The notes under the pieces are model-generated. The model saw only the letters and a list, made by a program, of their open reading frames with translations. It was not told the origin of the DNA and made no database searches. Position numbers and translations under genes: made by a program. DNA of 64,000 nt, taken from assembly GCA_030648005.1 (NCBI GenBank), contig JAUSIP010000001.1, positions 6,662 through 70,661 on the forward strand. Direction: 5' to 3'. Numbering within the stretch: position 1 is the first letter of the stretch; each line of letters opens with the position of its first letter. The DNA is from a bacterium. Lineage in GTDB: Bacteria; Patescibacteriota; Minisyncoccia; Phycocordibacterales; UBA12445. Below are positions 20,048-26,255 of this stretch, in pieces.

Positions 20048-20069
20048 GCGTGGTATTCACTATGAGCTC

Positions 20070-20309
20070 CTAAGAACCTTGCGGGCGTTCGTGAACTGCG
20101 ACGATCTTCGATGCTGAAGTCACGCGCGTTTCAGGCGTGGCAGGCTTGCCGTCGACCGACAGGTTCTTCTTGTCGAGGCTGACTCCAGCCTCCTTGAGCA
20201 CCTCGGCGAGCGTGGCGCTCGCTTCGATAGTGACCGTCTTGGTGATCGGTTTTCCCGAAGTGGGGACGACCTCAAGTTGAACTTCGAAAGTCTTCTTGGT
20301 CTTGGTCAT
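20070..20309 (-). CDS. small ubiquitin-like (beta-grasp) protein, C-terminus ...HERPQGS
   Basis: 79 aa; predicted beta-beta-alpha-beta-beta pattern; last gene of the operon with the E1-like gene; RBS GAGGGGG; GC-rich. Confidence 0.5.
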   Translation of the reverse strand: MTKTKKTFEVQLEVVPTSGKPITKTVTIEASATLAEVLKEAGVSLDKKNLSVDGKPATPETRVTSASKIVAVHERPQGS

Positions 20310-20353
20310 TTTCCTTCACCCCCTCTTTTTTGTCTTGTTTTTTTTGTAAAGAA

Positions 20354-20992
20354 CTATACTTCTTGAAAGTACCCGCACAACATCCTCAGATGCCGCTTGA
20401 ATTTACTCTGTTTGAAGAACATTGTCAAGGCAGCGCAGGCGACGTTGGCCGCGGTACTGCTGATGTGTATCGCACCATGGTTGCCGCACATAGACCGGGT
20501 AGCTTCTACCGAGGAATATCGGATGAAATTCTCATAATAATCCACGTCATCCTTATCGCACGTGCGAATAGCGAACACTTCGATATATTCAGCGTTGATT
20601 CTCGTATCAACGAAGATCCCAACGAGAGGATTGTCCTTAACAGCCTTCCAGATGAGCTGGCGCGCCTCCATAGTATCAACACAAGCAACGACCGCGGTTT
20701 TGAGCGGTTCACCGTTGTACATCTTGGGTATAACCCTAATCTGAACTCCTGACGCTTCTTCCACGATCTCACTTAACGCTTCGACCTTCAGCCTCAAAAT
20801 ATGCTTCTGCCGGAACTCCGACATCGGCACGTTATGCGAGGCCACTTCGTCGCCATCCAAAACCGTAAGATCAGCGCACCCTTCTCTGGCGAGCATGATA
20901 GTGAGTCTACTGCCGACTGAACCGGCGCCAATGATAGTAACAGGTCGGAAGAGATCCGGATCAACGATCTTATTCTGTGCATCGAAATTCAT
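20354..20992 (-). CDS. E1-like ThiF/MoeB-family adenylyltransferase
   Basis: VTIIGAGSVGSRLTIMLAREGCADLTVLDGDEV Rossmann/ATP-binding signature; start ATG 20992 overlaps the upstream gene's stop (ATGA). Confidence 0.75.
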   Translation of the reverse strand: MNFDAQNKIVDPDLFRPVTIIGAGSVGSRLTIMLAREGCADLTVLDGDEVASHNVPMSEFRQKHILRLKVEALSEIVEEASGVQIRVIPKMYNGEPLKTAVVACVDTMEARQLIWKAVKDNPLVGIFVDTRINAEYIEVFAIRTCDKDDVDYYENFIRYSSVEATRSMCGNHGAIHISSTAANVACAALTMFFKQSKFKRHLRMLCGYFQEV

Positions 20993-22413
20993 TGTCCTAT
21001 GCAAGGCACACCTCCTTCGTCCAGTATCACCTTGATCGGCCATTCAGCGATCTTGTGCAGAGCCGTCTGATCTTCGTAACCTTCGAAAAGCCAACGAGTG
21101 AAGTAGCCGATGCCGTCTGCGTATCGATGCTCCTTGATCGCATCCTTGATCGCCGTGCCGGCATTGCCAAAACAGGGCGTGCCTTCTTTATTGATATGAG
21201 GATGAGGAACTCCTTCCGGATGAAACCGATCGAGACTCCAGATATAGAAGTCGCCGTTTCTATGGATTGCGAAAGCGAACCTGCCAAGCTGATGAGTATT
21301 GCCCGCATTAGTAATGTCAGCTCCGATAGTAGTAACGCGGATCATATCTTCAGCAAGCGATAGTTCCGATACATATGGATTCGAACGGATCCTGCGCCAC
21401 TGCCCCTTGAGAGATCTGAACAATTCATCTTTGGGCAGGGCATTGCTTACTGTCTTACTCAAGCGCTGAAGATTGAAACATTCACGCTCATTGATAGCCA
21501 GAGTCATCCTCAGATCTTCAATCTCTTGTTGTATCTTCTGCACCTCTCTGTCTATGCCGCCACTGACGGTGCTTATCCATTTTGTTGTAACGTCGACAAA
21601 CCTCTTGCGATTCAGACGGAGCATTTTGTCAGATGGCTTAGCTCCACCTTGCAGAGCCTGATAACGGCGTAGGGTCACAGCCAGAGCATTATCCAAAATT
21701 TTCAAACTAGTAAGAGAATTGAAAAATTCAACCACGCAAAACAGAAAATACCAGTTATTGCCAACTATCTGCGCAAGATCGTTCTCCCCGTCGCCGACGA
21801 ACTCCCCTCTTCCGGGAGTACCGGAGAAGGTCAGAACACCGTTGCCTTCTTTGGTATCCAACTGAAGGTCGAAGGCGCGGCGTAGATACTTGCTCTTTGA
21901 ATATCCGGGCGAATAGCTCCAAGGGAAAATATTGATCAGATTAGGCTTGTCGGGTAGCGGAGGCCTACCTATATCGCGTTTCTCGGCGTAAAAATCTATG
22001 TCCAATCCTCCGGCAAGCCTAGAGAAATTCTCTAAGATAATTCTGATGCTGGAATAGGGAGCTTCTTCGATCGTCTTCTTATCGTCTTCCTTCTCTGACA
22101 AGGGGATGATCCTGATATTTCCGGTCTTGATCCCAACGTACGGAACAGTGCGATTGCCCCACTTGGCATTCTTGGCATTAATGACATTTGGGTAAGGAGC
22201 TTGCCCGATACCGACAATCAGAAGAACGTCAATGAAGGTCATCCTCGCTTCCGCCACATTCGCGCACTGGAAGATGTAAGCATCGAGCTCGTATGGCCCT
22301 ACTCGTACTGTCCGCCTCTTGAAAGGGATCCCCTTCTTTGTGAACTCTTGAGTATGAGGCTCAGCCACGAGAGCCGGCAAGGCGAAAATAGGTGTTTTCA
22401 GTCCGGGAACCAT
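20989..22413 (-). CDS. E2-like (UBC-fold) protein with ~330-aa N-terminal domain of unknown function
   Basis: C-terminal HPHINKEGTPC matches the UBC active site HPNINSNGSIC with identical spacing; RBS AAGGAGG; first gene of the operon. Confidence 0.6.
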   Translation of the reverse strand: MVPGLKTPIFALPALVAEPHTQEFTKKGIPFKRRTVRVGPYELDAYIFQCANVAEARMTFIDVLLIVGIGQAPYPNVINAKNAKWGNRTVPYVGIKTGNIRIIPLSEKEDDKKTIEEAPYSSIRIILENFSRLAGGLDIDFYAEKRDIGRPPLPDKPNLINIFPWSYSPGYSKSKYLRRAFDLQLDTKEGNGVLTFSGTPGRGEFVGDGENDLAQIVGNNWYFLFCVVEFFNSLTSLKILDNALAVTLRRYQALQGGAKPSDKMLRLNRKRFVDVTTKWISTVSGGIDREVQKIQQEIEDLRMTLAINERECFNLQRLSKTVSNALPKDELFRSLKGQWRRIRSNPYVSELSLAEDMIRVTTIGADITNAGNTHQLGRFAFAIHRNGDFYIWSLDRFHPEGVPHPHINKEGTPCFGNAGTAIKDAIKEHRYADGIGYFTRWLFEGYEDQTALHKIAEWPIKVILDEGGVPCIGQ

Positions 22414-22527
22414 CTCTGCCTCCTTTGGCCCTCCGTAGCTTTATGCGTAGGGGGCCTTTATTTCGTACAGTGTCAAGGAGCACTCAAACCGATGAGATAA
22501 TATCAGGAATAATTGATTTAGTCAATG

Positions 22528-22614
22528 CGGAGGTGGGAGGATTTGAACCTCCGATACCCTTTCGGGTATGCCAGTTTTCGAAACTGGTGATTTCAACCAC
22601 TCACCCACACCTCC
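22528..22614 (-). tRNA. tRNA-Ser (anticodon CGA), type II with long variable arm
   Basis: Hand fold: acceptor GGAGGTG/CACCTCC, anticodon loop TTCGAAA, T-arm GGAGGTTCAAATCCTCC, discriminator G, no encoded CCA. Confidence 0.85.
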
Positions 22615-22685
22615 AAGTTTAAGCGTTTAAATACTAACAGCATTTTGCATTTTTGACAAAATTTAGTATTATAACGAAACCTAAC

Positions 22686-22793
22686 GGCCCTATCGTTCCC
22701 GATTTTATTACGATTTCGTTACAGCGAAATCTCCATAAAATCGAGGATCCTCGACCCTGTGGGGTCGGGACTATCGGTTAGGACACGGCCTTT
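22686..22793 (+). pseudogene. orphan tRNA-Glu 5' half (to the anticodon loop) interrupted in the D-arm by a MITE
   Basis: GGCCCTATCGT + 75-bp element + CTATCGGTTAGGACACGGCCTTT is identical to positions 1-34 of tRNA-Glu at 22931; no 3' half follows. Confidence 0.7.
22697..22771. repeat. miniature inverted-repeat element, copy 2 (TCCCGATTTT...GGGGTCGGGAC)
   Basis: Shares its ends and the internal ATCGAGGATCC core with the copies at 2723 and 53662. Confidence 0.7.
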
Positions 22794-22915
22794 GAGAGGT
22801 GAGGATGGGGTAAGGGGTCCCATCCGCAAGACCTTTTGAGGTAGTTTGCGAGCTAGTGAAGCAAAATATCCAAAAGGTGTACTGCTCCCGTAGGGAGGGA
22901 AACGCAGTGAGGCAT
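22794..22915 (+). ncRNA. conserved structured element X between the orphan 5' half and tRNA-Glu
   Basis: GAGGTGAGG-hairpin-CGCAAGACCTTTTGAG...AATATCCAAAAGGTGTACTG-hairpin. A homolog lies upstream of tRNA-Gly (33021..33122) and shows compensatory hairpin changes. Confidence 0.5.
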
Positions 22916-22930
22916 TTTAAAAAACTATAC

Positions 22931-23002
22931 GGCCCTATCGTCTATCGGTTAGGACACGGCCTTTTCAAGGCTGGAAGCAGAGTTCGACTCTCTGTAGGGT
23001 CA
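22931..23002 (+). tRNA. tRNA-Glu (anticodon TTC)
   Basis: Hand fold: acceptor GGCCCTA/TAGGGTC, anticodon stem CGGCC/GGCTG, loop TTTTCAA, T-arm CAGAGTTCGACTCTCTG. Confidence 0.85.
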
Positions 23003-23139
23003 TTGCGAAGCAAGGAGACTAAGTGAATGAACTGCTTCATTCACGCCAGAGAGTCGAAGCCCGATTGAGATAGTTTATGATTCCGAGTTTATCGAGGAAG
23101 AAATAAAATATCCAATTGGGGTACTGTTCCTGTAAGGAA

Positions 23140-23158
23140 CGACTCTCTGTAGGGTCAT
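23140..23158 (+). repeat. direct orphan copy of the tRNA-Glu 3' end (CGACTCTCTGTAGGGTCAT)
   Basis: 19-nt identity with 22984..23003; preceded by the GGGTACTG-hairpin motif. Confidence 0.8.
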
Positions 23159-23172
23159 CGCGAAATACCACC

Positions 23173-24039
23173 ATGACTCATCAAATACTCTTATATTACA
23201 AATATATAAACATCGAGGACCCGGAAGCGCTGATGGCGTGGCAGAAGAAGCTGTGTGAAGAACTTACTCTAAAGGGTAGAATTATAATCGCCAAAGAGGG
23301 AATCAATGGCACGGTCGAAGGCACTAGAGAGAATACTGAAAGGTATATAGAAGCGATGAAGGCTGATCCCCTCTTTGCTGACGTTCACTGGAAGATAAGT
23401 GCGAGTGACGGATTGGCCTTTCCTAAACTATCTATCAAGGTCCGATCAGAGATAGTGAGCGCACATCTTGATGGCGAAGATGTGAATCCGACAGAAGTTA
23501 CCGGCAGACATTTGAATCCTGAAGAACTTCACGAACTTTTAAAAAGCGGCGAGGAAGTTTATGTCGTCGACATGAGGAATGACTATGAACACAGAGTCGG
23601 GCACTTTAAGAATTCAATACTTCCTCCATTAACCAACTTCCGAGATCTGCCGAAAATAATTCCGGAGCTTGAATATTTGAAAGACAAAAAGGTTGTGACA
23701 GTCTGTACTGGCGGCGTGCGGTGTGAGAAAGCTTCCGGCTATCTAATCAAGAAAGGATTTAAAGATGTCAGTCAGTTGAACGGCGGGATTGTATCGTACA
23801 TGGAGAAGTTCCCTAACCAATATTTCAAAGGTAAATTATATGTCTTTGATGGCCGAGTCACGATGGGCTTCGACACCGATAGTCCAGCACACGAAATAAT
23901 CGGACAATGTGATAAGTGTAATAAGCAAAGTGAGAATTACATAAACTGCAACAACAATCTCTGCCATCGCCATTTCATCTGCTGTGTAAACTGCATAGAA
24001 ACAAGCGGAGCCTTCTGCGGGGATCAGTGCAGAAATTGA
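23173..24039 (+). CDS. trhO: rhodanese-domain tRNA U34 hydroxylase TrhO/YceA (UPF0176) with Cys-rich C-terminus
   Basis: MTHQILLYYKY...AKEGINGTV, rhodanese CTGGVRCE; start at ATG 23173. Confidence 0.8.
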   Translation: MTHQILLYYKYINIEDPEALMAWQKKLCEELTLKGRIIIAKEGINGTVEGTRENTERYIEAMKADPLFADVHWKISASDGLAFPKLSIKVRSEIVSAHLDGEDVNPTEVTGRHLNPEELHELLKSGEEVYVVDMRNDYEHRVGHFKNSILPPLTNFRDLPKIIPELEYLKDKKVVTVCTGGVRCEKASGYLIKKGFKDVSQLNGGIVSYMEKFPNQYFKGKLYVFDGRVTMGFDTDSPAHEIIGQCDKCNKQSENYINCNNNLCHRHFICCVNCIETSGAFCGDQCRN

Positions 24040-24155
24040 TCCTTGAAATAACCAAAATCTTCTGTTATAACTTACTCTAAGTCCCCCTTCGCGTAAAACT
24101 TCAGCGGGACGCTAAATTCTATAATTACTCATTGAAATTCGTAAATAGAATTTGC

Positions 24156-24229
24156 GCGCGTGTAGCTCAGGTGGTTAGAGCGTTACATTGACATTGTAAA
24201 GGCCCCTGGTTCGAGTCCAGGCATGCGCA
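24156..24229 (+). tRNA. tRNA-Val (anticodon GAC)
   Basis: Hand fold: acceptor GCGCGTG/CATGCGC, D-arm GCTCAGGTGGTTAGAGC, loop TTGACAT, T-arm CCTGGTTCGAGTCCAGG. Confidence 0.85.
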
Positions 24230-24249
24230 CAACGAACGAAGTGAGGCGG

Positions 24250-24270
24250 GCACATGCCTGGACTCGAACC
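24250..24270 (+). repeat. inverted copy of the tRNA-Val T-arm/acceptor 3' strand (GCACATGCCTGGACTCGAACC)
   Basis: Reverse complement of 24209..24228 with one mismatch. Confidence 0.8.
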
Positions 24271-24349
24271 TCGAAAGGGGCCGGGAAAACTGTAGTTTTC
24301 CCGTGGAGGAAGGATTGGGAAAACCGTGGGTTTCCCAGTGTGTGAGTAC

Positions 24350-24364
24350 TCCAGGCATGCGCAC
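24350..24364 (+). repeat. direct orphan copy of the tRNA-Val 3' end (TCCAGGCATGCGCAC)
   Basis: 15-nt identity with 24216..24230. Confidence 0.8.
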
Positions 24365-24374
24365 CAGAATAATC

Positions 24375-25571
24375 ATGAGGATATTAAGTATAGAAACAAG
24401 TTGTGATGAGACAGCCATAAGTGTGGTGGAGGCTAGGGGGACGTTAAAATCCCCCTCTTTCAAATTGCTCTCAGGGATTGTCCATTCGCAAGCCGATCTA
24501 CATGCAAAGTGGCAAGGTGTTGTGCCGACCATAGCCAAGAGAGAGCATGCTAAGAACCTGGTGCCGGTTTTAGAACGGGCATTAAAAGAATCCGGGCTTT
24601 TAGAAAATTCAAAAGTACCTGTCCGGTCAGGAAAAATTCAAAATTCAAAACTAGATTTAAAAATAAAAAAAATATTAGAGAGAGAAGAGGGACTTGCAGA
24701 AAGCTTTTTAAATTTTGTGCCTAATATTGAAATTCCGAAGATCGATGCCGTAGCCGTCACCTACGGCCCAGGACTTGAACCAGCTCTATGGACGGGTATT
24801 AACTTTGCGAAAGCGCTATCTGCATATTGGAAGAAACCAGTTGTGCCTGTGAACCACATGGAAGGTCACACACTCTCTGCTCTTCTACCGGGAGCTGTCG
24901 TTGGTGTGGAGGAAAATATTAAACTCAAGATGCCTGTTCTGGCTCTACTTATCAGTGGTGGCCACACTGAACTTGTTTTAATAAAAGACTGGCAGAATTA
25001 TAAGGTTGTCGGACACACCAGAGATGATGCCGTCGGTGAAGCGTTCGATAAAGTAGCAAGAATGCTTGGACTTCCCTATCCAGGTGGCCCACAGATCTCT
25101 AAGATGGCGGAGGGTTATCGAGGTAAAAAAACGATCAAGCTCCCACGCCCTATGATCCACTCTGATGACTTAGATTTTTCTTTTTCAGGATTAAAAACTT
25201 CTGTACTTTATAAAATCAAAGAACTCGGCGAACTATCTCCTGACTTAAAAGCTGAGCTCGCTCACGAATTCGAAGAAGCTGTCGTTGAGGTACTGGTAAG
25301 CAAAACAAAAAAAGCACTAGAGAAATTTGGCGTTAAAACCTTAATCGTCGGCGGAGGGGTTATTTCGAATAAAAAAATACGCCAGGCTTTTCAACAGCTT
25401 ACAAAAGAAAATTTCAAAGATGTGCAACTCCTGATCCCACACCAATCCCTATGTGGAGACAACGCCACTATGATCGGCATGGCTGGATACATGCGTTTGC
25501 TTAGCTATAAATCTAAAAAAACTAGTCCCCAGAAAAATTTCAAGGCTAAGGGCAATCTTGTGCTAAAATAG
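24375..25571 (+). CDS. tsaD: tRNA N6-adenosine threonylcarbamoyltransferase TsaD (Kae1/Gcp family)
   Basis: MRILSIETSCDETAISVV; start at ATG 24375 (the track ORF begins at an upstream GTG). Confidence 0.85.
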   Translation: MRILSIETSCDETAISVVEARGTLKSPSFKLLSGIVHSQADLHAKWQGVVPTIAKREHAKNLVPVLERALKESGLLENSKVPVRSGKIQNSKLDLKIKKILEREEGLAESFLNFVPNIEIPKIDAVAVTYGPGLEPALWTGINFAKALSAYWKKPVVPVNHMEGHTLSALLPGAVVGVEENIKLKMPVLALLISGGHTELVLIKDWQNYKVVGHTRDDAVGEAFDKVARMLGLPYPGGPQISKMAEGYRGKKTIKLPRPMIHSDDLDFSFSGLKTSVLYKIKELGELSPDLKAELAHEFEEAVVEVLVSKTKKALEKFGVKTLIVGGGVISNKKIRQAFQQLTKENFKDVQLLIPHQSLCGDNATMIGMAGYMRLLSYKSKKTSPQKNFKAKGNLVLK

Positions 25572-25614
25572 ATTCGGACTCAATAAGCTCTTTCAAAAAA
25601 AAGGGGGGGTCAGA

Positions 25615-26145
25615 GTGCGATATATTCTTACTCTACTCTACTTGCTTTGTATTATGACCGCCAATCCTGCGCTTTCTCAGACAATCAAAAACGGTGAGAT
25701 CATTATCACCGGCAACGAACCCGAACTCAGGGCTAAGGTACCACAATGGATCAAAGATTTCCGTAAGGAAGTTAAGAAATATGATCTTGATCCGAAACAG
25801 CCATCTCTAAATGTACTACGCCAAACTGGCCGGGGCAACTGCGAAGCCTTTGCAAAACTTGGTGCCTTGTACGCCATCCACTCCGGATACAGTTGTGAAT
25901 TCGTCATTATCGCCAATGGCAATGATGGACACATATTCTTGTATGTACGATGTGGAGATGACTATTGGAGCATATCCAACAGAGTCTATTACCATGTCGG
26001 ATCGATCGACGATGCAAAATGTCAGATGGGAGCTGTCGGACATAGATTCATAATGAAAATACCAGCAACACTTTCTGGTCTCAACTGGGAGTATCGTGAC
26101 CTGGTTTATAATAATAGCGCCATCCTGCAAGACCCGCTCAAATGA
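25615..26145 (+). CDS. secreted transglutaminase-like/papain-fold putative cysteine peptidase
   Basis: Signal peptide; GNCEAFA ... DGHIFLYV ... D triad-like pattern. Confidence 0.45.
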   Translation: MRYILTLLYLLCIMTANPALSQTIKNGEIIITGNEPELRAKVPQWIKDFRKEVKKYDLDPKQPSLNVLRQTGRGNCEAFAKLGALYAIHSGYSCEFVIIANGNDGHIFLYVRCGDDYWSISNRVYYHVGSIDDAKCQMGAVGHRFIMKIPATLSGLNWEYRDLVYNNSAILQDPLK

Positions 26146-26167
26146 TAATTTATGAGCGGGTCTTTTT
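26130..26167 (+). terminator. rho-independent terminator
   Basis: 11-bp stem AGACCCGCTCA/TGAGCGGGTCT plus T5. Confidence 0.8.
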
Positions 26168-26255
26168 CATTTTTTATAAAAAAATGATCCTGCGTAGCTT
26201 TAGCGAAGCGAGATTAAATATTCCCGAAATCAAATAATTTTGCTAGAATATCAGC

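Noticed and set aside
21900-22100. The HPH motif of the E2-like protein read as a JAMM/MPN metalloprotease motif (HxHx7Sx2D)
   Set aside because: The residue after the 7-residue spacer is Cys, not Ser, and no downstream Asp fits. The spacing and context match the UBC HPN...C active site instead.
22686-23160. The tRNA-Glu orphan 5' half plus downstream sequence read as a single intron-containing tRNA gene (group I or archaeal-type intron in the anticodon loop)
   Set aside because: No 3' half follows the putative intron. What follows is a complete, independently folding tRNA-Glu. The break position differs between the Glu and Gly copies, and there is no BHB motif or group I core (P7 etc.).
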